From positions 1 through 38,386 of the forward strand of contig CAZZBC010000001.1 in NCBI GenBank assembly GCA_964652175.1: a stretch of 38,386 nt of DNA, written 5' to 3'. The stretch is from an uncultured Gammaproteobacteria bacterium. Lineage in GTDB: Bacteria; Patescibacteriota; Patescibacteriia; Patescibacteriales; JAKAJF01. Each line of letters begins with the position of its first letter. The stretch's first letter is position 1. Shown piece by piece: positions 15,586 through 24,406 of this stretch. The notes beneath the pieces are model-generated. The model did not search any database and was not told the DNA's origin. It saw nothing but the letters and a program-made list of their open reading frames with translations. Position numbers and translations under genes: made by a program.

Positions 15586-15720
15586 AAATAAATTACAAAT
15601 TAAAAATTACAAAATTTAAATAAATTTAAAATTCTAATAACCAAAATTTAAAACGACTTCATTATTTTGAATTTATAATTTATTTGGAATTTGGTGCTTT
15701 GGATTTTGAATTTTTATATT
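15586..15720. repeat. AT-only ~130-nt intergenic module, copy X (homologous to 36030-36161)
   Basis: 15588-15613 matches 36036-36061 at 25/26. 15664-15718 matches 36102-36157 at roughly 47/56 by eye, same orientation. Confidence 0.6.
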
Positions 15721-16494
15721 CTATTGCGTCAGTATTTCGCATCCTTTCTCCGTCACCACCACCGTATGTTCAAAGTGAGCGGACAAACTGCCATCTTTTG
15801 TCAAAATAGAAAAACCATCGAGCCCTGTTTTCACTTCGTAAAAGCCGGCATTAACCATTGGCTCAATTGCCAAGGTCATGCCCGGCTTTAAAATAACATT
15901 GTCATAGCCCTCTTTGGTAACCACGAAATTGGGAATTTGCGGGTCCTCATGAACTTCCGTCCCTACCCCATGTCCCACCAGATCACGGACCACCGAAAAA
16001 CCATGAGACTCAACATAATTTTGTACCACAGCCGCGATATCATTTAGGGTTGCGCCGGACTTAACTTTCTTTATGGCCAACTTTAAAGATTTTTCCGTAA
16101 CTTTAATTAATTTTTTTGCTTCTTTTTTTATACTGCCCACGGGCAATGTAGTTGCCATGTCAGTAAAATATTTTTTATATTCCATGCCGATATCAATGCC
16201 GATAATGTCTCCTTCTTTTAGTTTTCGCGAAGGCAGAACCGGAGTATGCACGACTTCATTGTTAATGGAAATACAGAGAGCGGTGGGAAACGGTTTGCTG
16301 TCAGCTTTTGATTTATAATTTTTAAAAGAAGGCCGGCCGCCGGCTTCACTAATTAAAGAACAGGCCATTTCTTCCAAATGCCCCGTAGTCGCGCCCGGCC
16401 GGACTTCTTTTGTTATTCTTTTTAAAATGCCGGCCAAAATTTTTCCCCCTTCCCGCATCGCATCAATTTGTTCCTTTGTTTTTATTATAATCAT
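15721..16494 (-). CDS. map: Methionine aminopeptidase, type I
   Basis: 257 aa with metal ligand motifs (DIIGIDIG, VGHGVG, EPM, EHTV). Confidence 0.95.
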   Translation of the reverse strand: MIIIKTKEQIDAMREGGKILAGILKRITKEVRPGATTGHLEEMACSLISEAGGRPSFKNYKSKADSKPFPTALCISINNEVVHTPVLPSRKLKEGDIIGIDIGMEYKKYFTDMATTLPVGSIKKEAKKLIKVTEKSLKLAIKKVKSGATLNDIAAVVQNYVESHGFSVVRDLVGHGVGTEVHEDPQIPNFVVTKEGYDNVILKPGMTLAIEPMVNAGFYEVKTGLDGFSILTKDGSLSAHFEHTVVVTEKGCEILTQ

Positions 16495-16553
16495 ACAAAC
16501 TATCTTTTTAGCTCGTTAGTAAAATAAAAACTATAAGCTAAACGGCGAAGCCG

Positions 16554-17225
16554 CTATCGAGCTATCGAGCTATTTATGTCTTTCCCCACCTTTTCTATTT
16601 CCTGCTCGCCATTTATCTCAATCAATCGCCGCGCCTTTTTCCAATAATCAAGTATCGGTTTTATTTCTTTATGATAAGTAGCAAGCCGCCTCGCTATCAC
16701 CGCCGGTTTGTCATCCGTCCGCGTCGTTAATTTTCCGCCACATAAATCGCACACATTTTTTCTTTTTGACGGCTTAAATATAATATGATAAGCCGCTCCG
16801 CAAACACAAACCCGCCTGCCGCCCAAGCGCCTTCTTACTTCCCGATCGCCCACCTTAATCAAAACGGCGAAAATATTGTTTTTAAACGCCAAATTTTCCA
16901 ATTTTTTCATTAAACAACCTAATTGTTTTCTATTTCTGGGATAGCCATCTAATATAAAGCCTTGCTTTGCGTCTTTTTTTTGAAGTCTCTTGTTAATTAT
17001 TTTTTCAACGATCGAATCCGGAACCAATTTCCCTTTGTTTAATGTAGTGGCGACTTTTTTTCCTAACGCGCTCTTTCCGGCAATCTCGGCTCGAAACAAC
17101 TCGCCCGGAGAAATAGCCGGAATCTTCAATGCTTTGGCCAACATTTCCGCCTGCGTCCCTTTGCCCGACCCCGGAGGGCCGAAAAATATTATTACCATCT
17201 TCGACATAATTTTTATTTTACTCAT
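16554..17225 (-). CDS. adk: Adenylate kinase (zinc LID type)
   Basis: P-loop FFGPPGSGKGTQ and LID CVCGAAYH...CDLCGG. The track ORF (to 17333) overruns the upstream gene. Candidate starts are 17225, 17207 and 17198; MVIIFFGPPG at 17198 best fits the family N-terminus. Confidence 0.9.
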   Translation of the reverse strand: MSKIKIMSKMVIIFFGPPGSGKGTQAEMLAKALKIPAISPGELFRAEIAGKSALGKKVATTLNKGKLVPDSIVEKIINKRLQKKDAKQGFILDGYPRNRKQLGCLMKKLENLAFKNNIFAVLIKVGDREVRRRLGGRRVCVCGAAYHIIFKPSKRKNVCDLCGGKLTTRTDDKPAVIARRLATYHKEIKPILDYWKKARRLIEINGEQEIEKVGKDINSSIAR

Positions 17226-17229
17226 AAAA

Positions 17230-17805
17230 CTACAGTCTGCTTCCCGGGCCAATCCCCAAAGGTTTGGAGCGGACAGAAGAAGGCGGAGTATTATGGCCAG
17301 ATGTATTGTTAGACTTGCTTGTTTGACCGGCAAAGCCAGTCTTGGCTTTATTTACTGTGTTAAGGTCCGCCGCCGAACCCTTAGTTGCTCCCGGACCCGT
17401 CCTGCTTAAAAATTGGCTGGTGGAACCAACTTCGCCCAAAGTGCTGAATTTTGCCCTCTGCGCCCCTGTTTTTCCCATCTCTTCCACGGCCGAAACATCC
17501 TTCTGTATCATGCTTTTTAAGTTTCTTTTGACTTGTTCGCGCGTTAAATCGGCCGGGCTAAAATGCCTTTCGGCAGCTTCTAAAAATTTCTTTTTTGTTT
17601 CATACCCACGCTCCCTTCCTATGGCCTTGGCGATTGACTCAACGGACTTTTTGGAGGTTCCTAAATTTGCAAGAAATGGCTTTAATTTTGCTTTAACTTC
17701 GGGCCGCATTTTATTTAAAATTTTGTTGCCCTCCATGCCGCCAATTCGCTTAAACCTGTCAAATCCTCCTCCCTTGTTTGTTGTTGAATTAAAAAATAAT
17801 CCCAT
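17230..17805 (-). CDS. Hypothetical protein (191 aa) inserted between secY and adk
   Basis: Lys-rich helical N-terminal two thirds and a Gly/Ser/Thr/Pro-rich, probably disordered tail. No family recognised. Preceded by a terminator. Confidence 0.55.
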   Translation of the reverse strand: MGLFFNSTTNKGGGFDRFKRIGGMEGNKILNKMRPEVKAKLKPFLANLGTSKKSVESIAKAIGRERGYETKKKFLEAAERHFSPADLTREQVKRNLKSMIQKDVSAVEEMGKTGAQRAKFSTLGEVGSTSQFLSRTGPGATKGSAADLNTVNKAKTGFAGQTSKSNNTSGHNTPPSSVRSKPLGIGPGSRL

Positions 17806-17845
17806 ATATTTAAAATGATTATTACACTTATTTTATCACATATTT

Positions 17846-17876
17846 ATAAAAAAATAAAGCCGTTCAAAACGGCTTT
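17846..17876 (-). terminator. Rho-independent terminator downstream of secY
   Basis: Minus strand AAAGCCGT-TTTGA-ACGGCTTT (17876-17856, 8 bp) followed by ATTTTTTTAT. Confidence 0.6.
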
Positions 17877-17904
17877 TCTAAATTCTATATTCTAACTTCT
17901 GTTT

Positions 17905-19176
17905 TTATCCGCCTTCATACTCCCTCATGGTCAACTGCGATTCAACTTGTTTTACGGTTTCAATAACCACGGCTACCACGATCAAAAGAGAAGTGCCGCC
18001 GATGGCCAAAGACTGGATGCCGGTAAAATAGCGCATTACCAAAGGCAGGATGGCGATAATGCCCAAGAATAAAGCGCCGACAAAAATTATTTTGTGCGTG
18101 GTATTGGCTAAATATTCGGCCGTATGGCGGCCGGGCCTGATGCCGGGAATGAACCCTCCTTGTTTTTGCAAATTTTCGGCAATTTGGACGGGATGAAAAA
18201 TAACTTCGGTGTAAAAATAAGTAAAGGCAAAAACAAGGATAAAATATAAAATACCGTAAGTTAATTGATTTTGAAAAGCCGCGATTATCCATTCCGCCGC
18301 CTTGGCGATCCAAGCGCTGCGCGCGTGAATAAAAAACTGGGCTATCATCGGCGGGAATAAAACAACGGAAATGGCAAAGATAATGGGTATGACGCCGGCC
18401 ATATTGACGCGTAAAGGCAAATGGGTGCTGGTGCCTCCGTACATGCGATTGCCTCTTATTTGTTTGGCGTATTGCACTGGTACGTTGCGCTGCCCTTCGG
18501 TAATTATAACCACCCCCACCACAGTGATCAAAGCTATAACAACGAAACCGATTAACATAAAAAATTTTGAGGAGTCAAAGGTCAAGATAATCTGCTGAAT
18601 TGCGCCGGGCAGGCTGGCGACAATGCCGGCAAAGATAAGCAAGGAAATGCCGTTGCCGACTTTCTTCTCGGTAATAAGCTCACCCAGCCACATTAAAAAA
18701 ATTGTTCCCGCGGTTATCACAACAATCATGGAAAATAAATTAAAGGCGCTCAAATCGCCTAAAATTTGACCGGAAGATCGTCTAAGAAGCGTGATCATGC
18801 CGTAAGCTTGCATGGCGGCCAGGGGCACGGTCAGCCAGCGCGTCCACATATTGATTTTTTGCCGGCCAGCTTCCTCTTTCTGCATTTCTTCCAATTGGGG
18901 AATAATCATGGCCAATAATTGAAAAATGATTGAAGAAGTAATATAGGGAGCCACGCCCATCATCACAATGGAAAAATTTTCCATGCCGCCGCCGGAAAAA
19001 ATATTTAAAAGGCCCAGAATCTGATTGGAGGCGAAAAAACTCTTCAGGGCAGCCGCGTCAACGCCGGGAATGGGTATGTGGGCGGCAAAACGAAAAATAA
19101 TCAACATGCCCAACACAAAAAGAATGTTGTTGCGCAAATCTTTAGCTTTCCAAATTTGAATTAATTTATCAAACAT
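17905..19176 (-). CDS. secY: Preprotein translocase subunit SecY
   Basis: 423 aa, 10 TM segments, typical SecY N-terminus (LRNNILFVLGMLIIFRFAAHIPIPGV). SD GGGAGG lies 6 nt before the ATG. Confidence 0.95.
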   Translation of the reverse strand: MFDKLIQIWKAKDLRNNILFVLGMLIIFRFAAHIPIPGVDAAALKSFFASNQILGLLNIFSGGGMENFSIVMMGVAPYITSSIIFQLLAMIIPQLEEMQKEEAGRQKINMWTRWLTVPLAAMQAYGMITLLRRSSGQILGDLSAFNLFSMIVVITAGTIFLMWLGELITEKKVGNGISLLIFAGIVASLPGAIQQIILTFDSSKFFMLIGFVVIALITVVGVVIITEGQRNVPVQYAKQIRGNRMYGGTSTHLPLRVNMAGVIPIIFAISVVLFPPMIAQFFIHARSAWIAKAAEWIIAAFQNQLTYGILYFILVFAFTYFYTEVIFHPVQIAENLQKQGGFIPGIRPGRHTAEYLANTTHKIIFVGALFLGIIAILPLVMRYFTGIQSLAIGGTSLLIVVAVVIETVKQVESQLTMREYEGG

Positions 19177-19606
19177 ATTTTCCTCCCGCTTTTTTAATTT
19201 GCTCTGCCGCGCTTTTGCTTGTTTTAATGCCTTGAAATTGTAAATTCTTGACCTTTAATTCTCCCTTGCCCAATACCTTGATCGGCAAACTTATATTATT
19301 TATCAAGGCTTTTTTAATTAAGGTTTGGGCATTAACAATTTCATTTTCTTTAAAATTCTTATTTATATCCAATAAATTAACAACCTGATTTTTTGCCTGG
19401 CGTGACTTAAAACCCCTTTTTTTGGGAATGGAAAGAAGTATTTTTTTCATGCCCAATCTTTTTAATCCGGTTACGCCCGATCTTGACCTTTGGCCCTTCA
19501 TGCCCCGTCCGCTATAAGTACCGTGGCCGGAAGCATTGCCACGGCCAATTCTCTTTTTTTTATGGATTGATCCTTTGACAAGTTTAATTGTATTTAAGGA
19601 TAACAT
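19169..19606 (-). CDS. rplO: 50S ribosomal protein L15
   Basis: GRGNASGHGTYSGRGMKGQRSRSG signature. Overlaps the secY start by 8 nt. Confidence 0.95.
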   Translation of the reverse strand: MLSLNTIKLVKGSIHKKKRIGRGNASGHGTYSGRGMKGQRSRSGVTGLKRLGMKKILLSIPKKRGFKSRQAKNQVVNLLDINKNFKENEIVNAQTLIKKALINNISLPIKVLGKGELKVKNLQFQGIKTSKSAAEQIKKAGGKYV

Positions 19607-19691
19607 ACTAAATTAATTTCGAAATTCGAATATCAAAATTCGAAATAATATCTAAATTCAAATTTGTTAAATTCAAAACAGTTTAGAATTT

Positions 19692-20348
19692 TTAATTTTG
19701 GACATTAGAATTTGTTTCGGATTTCGGATTTTGGATTTCGGATTTTTTATCTTCCACCCTCTTCAAACTCTTTAATGCTTCTATTACGCACTTGACATTA
19801 TTCACTTTATTGTTGGTTCCTAAAATCTTGCTGGTTACGTTCTTGATGCCGGCGAGTTCCAGAATAATGCGTACCGCCCCGCCGGCAATCACGCCCCGCC
19901 CACTGCGGGCCGGCTTAAGCAATACTTTGGCGGCGCCAAACTTATGATAAATTTCATGCGGAACGGTATCATTAACAATTGGCACTTCAATAAAATTCTT
20001 TTTAGCTTTGTTGACCGCTTTGGTGACGGCAAGAGTCACATCCGCCCCTTTCGCCATGCCGATTGCCACTCTGCCTTTTTTGTTGCCAATCGCCACGCAA
20101 GCCCTAAAACGCATCCTTTTCCCGCCGGCCATAACGCGAGTCACCCTGGCCAAATCAATAATTCGCTGTTCAAATTCCTCTTCTCTTTTTTCCCTTCTTC
20201 CGCCGCCTTTTCTGCCGCTTCTCCCGGCTCGGGCAGTCTTTTTCTTTTCTCCATAAACGGACTTGGCAACCGTAACAGCCGCTTTTTTGTCGGTGTCAAC
20301 AGGTTTTTCAGCAACTTCTTTTAAATTGTCCTTTTGTTCTTCGGCCAT
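19692..20348 (-). CDS. rpsE: 30S ribosomal protein S5 with terminal extensions
   Basis: RVTRVMAGGKRMRFRACVAIGNKKGRVAIGMAKG core. ~55-aa Lys/Glu-rich N-terminal extension. The C-terminal tail is encoded by a (TTCGGAT)n-like repeat at 19722-19750. Confidence 0.95.
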   Translation of the reverse strand: MAEEQKDNLKEVAEKPVDTDKKAAVTVAKSVYGEKKKTARAGRSGRKGGGRREKREEEFEQRIIDLARVTRVMAGGKRMRFRACVAIGNKKGRVAIGMAKGADVTLAVTKAVNKAKKNFIEVPIVNDTVPHEIYHKFGAAKVLLKPARSGRGVIAGGAVRIILELAGIKNVTSKILGTNNKVNNVKCVIEALKSLKRVEDKKSEIQNPKSETNSNVQN

Positions 20349-20468
20349 ATTTCCAAATTCAAAATTAAAAAATCAAATATAAAAATTATGGAGTGAAAAT
20401 TTTTAAAAAAATTTTCACGAAATAATTTTACCTAAATTTTGCATTTTGATTTTTGCATTTTGATTTTA

Positions 20469-20822
20469 TTAAAACTTAAGTCCTCCTTCTCGCACTCCCT
20501 CGGCCGCAGCCTTGACCCGTCCATGATATTTATAGCCGCCTCTGTCAAACACGACTTTTTTTATTTTTTTATCCAACGCTTTTTTGGCGATTAGCTTGCC
20601 CAACTCAAAACTTATAACAGCTTTTTTGTCTTTTTTCTTTATTTCGCCGCTTGAAACGCCGATTAGCGTTTTACCGCTCGCATCATTTATTATTTGCAAA
20701 AACATTCTTTTATTGGAGCGAAAAACACTAAGACGGGGTATCTCCCGCGTACCTTTAATTTTCGCCCGTATTCTGCCTCTGCGTCTGCTTCTTTTCGATT
20801 GTTTTATCTTCTGCTTATCCAT
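20469..20822 (-). CDS. rplR: 50S ribosomal protein L18
   Basis: RLSVFRSNKRMFLQIIND...FDRGGYKYHGRVKAAAEGVREGGLKF. Confidence 0.95.
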   Translation of the reverse strand: MDKQKIKQSKRSRRRGRIRAKIKGTREIPRLSVFRSNKRMFLQIINDASGKTLIGVSSGEIKKKDKKAVISFELGKLIAKKALDKKIKKVVFDRGGYKYHGRVKAAAEGVREGGLKF

Positions 20823-20844
20823 AAATTGAAAATTGAAAATTATA

Positions 20845-21390
20845 CTAGCTTCCCTTGGCCGCTGTCTTGCCGGCTTTTCTCCTGATTATTTCACTCGCAT
20901 ATTTAATTCCCTTGCCTTTATATGGTTCGGGTTTTCTAAACCGCCTTATTTGCGCTGCCACTTCTCCGACTTTCTGTTTATCAATACCACTGATGGTAAT
21001 AATATTGCCCTCCACCTTCGCCTTTACTTCCTTAAGCAAATTATATTCAACCGGATGGGAATACCCAATATTTAAAATTAGTTTGTCGCCGCTCACGGAC
21101 GCCTTATAGCCAACTCCGTTAATTTCTAATTTTTTTTCAAATCCTTGGTTGACGCCGATTACCATATTTTTTACTAAACTGCCATATAAACCCCATAAAG
21201 CCTTTTCTTTGCCGGATTCGGGATTGGCAACGCTTACTTTTATCTCCTTGTCGCTCGTTTCAACCTTAACTAAGTCGGATAATTTTTCCTTTACTTCCCC
21301 CTTGGGTCCCTTAACCACAATAAAACCATCCTCAAGTTTGGCTTGGGTATTGGCTGGCAGTATAATTGGCAATTTTCCCAGTCTAGACAT
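20845..21390 (-). CDS. rplF: 50S ribosomal protein L6
   Basis: MSRLGKLPIILPANTQAKLEDGFIVVKGPKGE; 181 aa. Confidence 0.95.
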   Translation of the reverse strand: MSRLGKLPIILPANTQAKLEDGFIVVKGPKGEVKEKLSDLVKVETSDKEIKVSVANPESGKEKALWGLYGSLVKNMVIGVNQGFEKKLEINGVGYKASVSGDKLILNIGYSHPVEYNLLKEVKAKVEGNIITISGIDKQKVGEVAAQIRRFRKPEPYKGKGIKYASEIIRRKAGKTAAKGS

Positions 21391-21409
21391 AAGTTTATCC
21401 TAAATTCTA

Positions 21410-21817
21410 TCAATATATTTCGCATATCACCTCTCCTCCGATCCCCTTTTTCCCGGCTTCCTTATTGGTCATCAACCCCTGCGGAGTAGAAATTATTGCT
21501 ATCCCTAAATTATTTAAAACTGTTGGCAACTCACTTTTACTGGCGTAAATTCTTAAACCCGGCTTACTTATGCGTTTGAGCGAAGTTATGGCCGGTTCTC
21601 CGCCCTTCTTATACTTTAATATTAACCTCAACTCGCTAAATGCATTGTCTATTCCTTCTCCCTCTTTAAGGATTTCGGTCTTTTTAATCCATCCTTCTCT
21701 TTCCAATATTTGGGCGATTCCGTGCTTTATCTTGCTCATAGGCAAAACAACCTCTTCTTTGCCGACGGCCGAAGCGTTTCTTATTCTAGTTAACATGTCT
21801 GAAATTGGATCTGTCAT
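21410..21817 (-). CDS. rpsH: 30S ribosomal protein S8
   Basis: [23 protein letters not shown]; 135 aa. Confidence 0.95.
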   Translation of the reverse strand: MTDPISDMLTRIRNASAVGKEEVVLPMSKIKHGIAQILEREGWIKKTEILKEGEGIDNAFSELRLILKYKKGGEPAITSLKRISKPGLRIYASKSELPTVLNNLGIAIISTPQGLMTNKEAGKKGIGGEVICEIY

Positions 21818-21823
21818 ATTATT

Positions 21824-22009
21824 TTACCAGCTTGACTTGGTAATGCCGGGCATTTCTCCGCTATCAGCCAACTCTCTAAAGCAGATGCGGCATAAATCAA
21901 AGTCTCGCATATAGCCGCGATTACGGCCGCAGCGCCAACAACGCCTAACTACGCGCGTTGGATATTTTGGTTTTTTCTTTGTTTTTACTATCAATGCTGT
22001 TCTCGCCAT
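21824..22009 (-). CDS. rpsN: 30S ribosomal protein S14, short zinc type
   Basis: 61 aa, [46 protein letters not shown]. Track ORF 21824..22129 is over-extended across the rplE stop. Confidence 0.9.
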   Translation of the reverse strand: MARTALIVKTKKKPKYPTRVVRRCWRCGRNRGYMRDFDLCRICFRELADSGEMPGITKSSW

Positions 22010-22013
22010 ATTT

Positions 22014-22553
22014 TTATTCTTTCTTAAATGGAAAACCCAATAACCTAAAAAGTCCCAGTCCCTCTTCTTTGTTTTTGGCTGTGGTCGCGATGCAAACTTC
22101 CAAACCGTGCGCGTTTTCAATTTCATCAACTTCTATTTCGGGAAAAGCCAGATTTTCACGGAATCCTATGGTTAAATTGCCGTTTTTATCAACCTGTTTT
22201 TCGCTAATGCCTCTAAAATCCCTAACGCGAGGAAAAGTTATGCAAACCAGCTTCTCCAAAAAGTCATACATTCTTTTGCCGCGCAAAGTAACCGCAACGC
22301 CAATAATCATACCCTCTTTCGTTTTAAAGGCGGAAATTGCTTTTTTGGCCTTGGTTAATACTGGTTTTTGACCGGTAATGCGAGATAAATTGCTCGCCAC
22401 CTTGTCAATATATTCTTTTTCTTTGCTGTGCCGGCCGACTCCAACATTAACAACCGCCTTTTTTATTGCCGGCGCCGCCAAATCATTGTTATAGCCAAAT
22501 TTATTTTTCAGTTGCGGCATTATTTGTTTTTTGTATCTTTCCCGTAATCTCAT
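22014..22553 (-). CDS. rplE: 50S ribosomal protein L5
   Basis: [21 protein letters not shown]...VVNVGVG. Start at Met15 of the track ORF. Confidence 0.93.
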   Translation of the reverse strand: MRLRERYKKQIMPQLKNKFGYNNDLAAPAIKKAVVNVGVGRHSKEKEYIDKVASNLSRITGQKPVLTKAKKAISAFKTKEGMIIGVAVTLRGKRMYDFLEKLVCITFPRVRDFRGISEKQVDKNGNLTIGFRENLAFPEIEVDEIENAHGLEVCIATTAKNKEEGLGLFRLLGFPFKKE

Positions 22554-22573
22554 AAAATAACTGTTTATGTTTT

Positions 22574-22906
22574 TTAATCTACCACCTGATCGCATTTTTT
22601 ACAAATCCTAACTTTTCTTTTTATTTTTTTCGCCTCCGTGCCGCTTTCTATTGTTTTATATCCAACACGGGTAATCTTGTCGCACTTAGAACAAACCAAC
22701 ATCATGTTTGATAAATCTAAGGGGGCGGGAAATTCAATCCTTTGGCCTTTTTCGCCTTGCTTTCGCGGCCGAAGATGCTTAATTAGCAAATTTAAGCCCT
22801 CAACGCTTGCCTTGCCTCTGGACGGAAAAACTTGTAAAACCTTGCCGGCCTTACCGCTATCTTTTCCTTTTATTATTTTTACTTTGTCGCCCTTCTTGAT
22901 ATTCAT
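22574..22906 (-). CDS. rplX: 50S ribosomal protein L24 (with CxxC...CxxC)
   Basis: KOW motif IKKGDKVKIIKGKDSGKAGKV; CSKC...CKKC in the C-terminal half. Confidence 0.93.
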   Translation of the reverse strand: MNIKKGDKVKIIKGKDSGKAGKVLQVFPSRGKASVEGLNLLIKHLRPRKQGEKGQRIEFPAPLDLSNMMLVCSKCDKITRVGYKTIESGTEAKKIKRKVRICKKCDQVVD

Positions 22907-22950
22907 GTTTCAAATTTAAGATTTACGGAATTCATTAATTTTGCATTTTG

Positions 22951-23050
22951 CCTGCCCCGCTCGCCTTTAACTTGTTTATTAATGTAAGTTGTTTAGCGGG
23001 TATAAATAAGTAATTATTAACAGATTCTTTAACGCGAGGCGGGCCGGGGA
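22951..23050. mobile_element. 100-bp MITE-like insertion between rplN and rplX
   Basis: GC-rich imperfect inverted ends cctgccccgctcgcc (22951-65) and gcgaggcgggccgggga (23034-50) around an AT-rich core. Flanked by direct copies of attttgcatttt (22938-50 and 23050-63). Confidence 0.5.
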
Positions 23051-23069
23051 TTTTTGCATTTTTAATTTT

Positions 23070-23441
23070 TTATAGTACTTCCGGCGCCAGTGAAGCGATC
23101 TTTAAAAATCCCGCCTGCCTTACTTCTCTGGCAATCGGCCCCAATATGCGGGTTCCTTTCGGCTCTTTTTTCTCTTTGTCAATTATAACAACAGCGTTGT
23201 CGTCAAATTTCAAATAAGTTCCGTCCTTCCTTCTGATCTCTTTTTTTATCCTTACAATAACGGCATGCACCACGTCGCCCTTTTTCACCGCCGCATGTGG
23301 CGCGGCTTCTTTTACCACCGCGGTAATAATTTCACCGATGCGAGCATACCGCTTTCTGTATCCGCCTAAAACCCTAATGCACTGGGCCGTTTTCGCACCC
23401 GTATTGTCCGCTATTTTTAGCATTGATTGAACCTGTATCAT
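23070..23441 (-). CDS. rplN: 50S ribosomal protein L14
   Basis: [17 protein letters not shown]...; 123 aa. Confidence 0.95.
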   Translation of the reverse strand: MIQVQSMLKIADNTGAKTAQCIRVLGGYRKRYARIGEIITAVVKEAAPHAAVKKGDVVHAVIVRIKKEIRRKDGTYLKFDDNAVVIIDKEKKEPKGTRILGPIAREVRQAGFLKIASLAPEVL

Positions 23442-23458
23442 AGATGCAAAATTAAATT

Positions 23459-23734
23459 CTATTTATATAATGCTCGCCATTTTTTATCTTTGCTTAATGG
23501 CCGACATTCAATAAATTTTACTTTATCGCCCTCTTTAAGTTGATTTTTCTCGTCATGAACTTTATATTTTTCGCTAACCGTATACCTTTTTTGGTATCTG
23601 GGATGAATTTTAACCCTGTCTACCCTTACCACAACAGTCTTGTTCATCTTACTCTTAATAACTACTCCGCTAAAAATTCTTTTAAAGCTCTTTTTTATTT
23701 TTTCAACTTTTTTATTAATAATATCCATATCCAT
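23459..23734 (-). CDS. rpsQ: 30S ribosomal protein S17
   Basis: [29 protein letters not shown]...[14 protein letters not shown]. The start overlaps the rpmC stop (TAATG). Confidence 0.93.
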   Translation of the reverse strand: MDMDIINKKVEKIKKSFKRIFSGVVIKSKMNKTVVVRVDRVKIHPRYQKRYTVSEKYKVHDEKNQLKEGDKVKFIECRPLSKDKKWRALYK

Positions 23735-23937
23735 TAAGGCTTATTTGTTATTTTCACTTTTTTATTTAATAAAGTTAAAATTCTGGCTATCAATATTTTA
23801 ACTTTTCTGACCTCCCGCACATCCTTGTGTTGCTTTGAAGCAACCTTAAAACGCAAGTCTCTTAATTTTTCTCTTGACTCGGCAAGCATTTTCTGCAACT
23901 CATTGTCTTTTTTATTTTTTAATTCTTTTAATTCCAT
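23734..23937 (-). CDS. rpmC: 50S ribosomal protein L29
   Basis: MELKELKNKKDNELQKMLAESREKLRDLRFK. Start at Met5 of the track ORF. Confidence 0.9.
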   Translation of the reverse strand: MELKELKNKKDNELQKMLAESREKLRDLRFKVASKQHKDVREVRKVKILIARILTLLNKKVKITNKP

Positions 23938-23954
23938 AAACGGACGCAAGGCGT

Positions 23955-24359
23955 TTATTTTAAAATAAATTTACATTTAACCGGCAATTTATGGCCCGCC
24001 AGCCGCATCGCTTCCTTCGCGGTTTTTTCGTCTACGCCGCCCATCTCAAATATAATCATGCCGGGCTTCACTACAGCTACGTAATGGTCAACGGAGCCCT
24101 TTCCTTTTCCCATGGGAATTTCTCCGCCTTTTAAGGTAACCGGCTTATCGGGAAAAATTCTAATCCAAATCTTGCCGCCGCGTTTAATGTGTCCGGACAT
24201 CGCTCTGCGGGCAGCTTCAATTTGTCTTGACGATACCCAACAAGCTTCCATACTCTTTAAACCAAAATTGCCAAAACTTAAATCAATCATTCGGCTTCCC
24301 TTTCCGCCTTTCTTTCCTTTGTGCGACTTTCTATGTTTCGTTTTTTTAGGCATTAACAT
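23955..24359 (-). CDS. rplP: 50S ribosomal protein L16
   Basis: [16 protein letters not shown] (cf. the family N-terminus MLQPKRTKFRK); 134 aa. Confidence 0.95.
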   Translation of the reverse strand: MLMPKKTKHRKSHKGKKGGKGSRMIDLSFGNFGLKSMEACWVSSRQIEAARRAMSGHIKRGGKIWIRIFPDKPVTLKGGEIPMGKGKGSVDHYVAVVKPGMIIFEMGGVDEKTAKEAMRLAGHKLPVKCKFILK

Positions 24360-24406
24360 AAATATAATTCAAAAGTCAAAAATCAAAATGCAAAATTATT
24401 GTTAAT

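Noticed and set aside
16554-17333. Long form of adk (259 aa), and same-strand alternative-frame ORFs such as 17960..18313, 13593..13781, 14039..14320, 11241..11486 and 27727..27942
   Set aside because: The adk N-terminal 36 codons overlap the upstream ORF and precede the conserved P-loop start. The others are out-of-frame ORFs nested inside strongly supported genes (secY, recO, the CAP protein, aspS, rplD).
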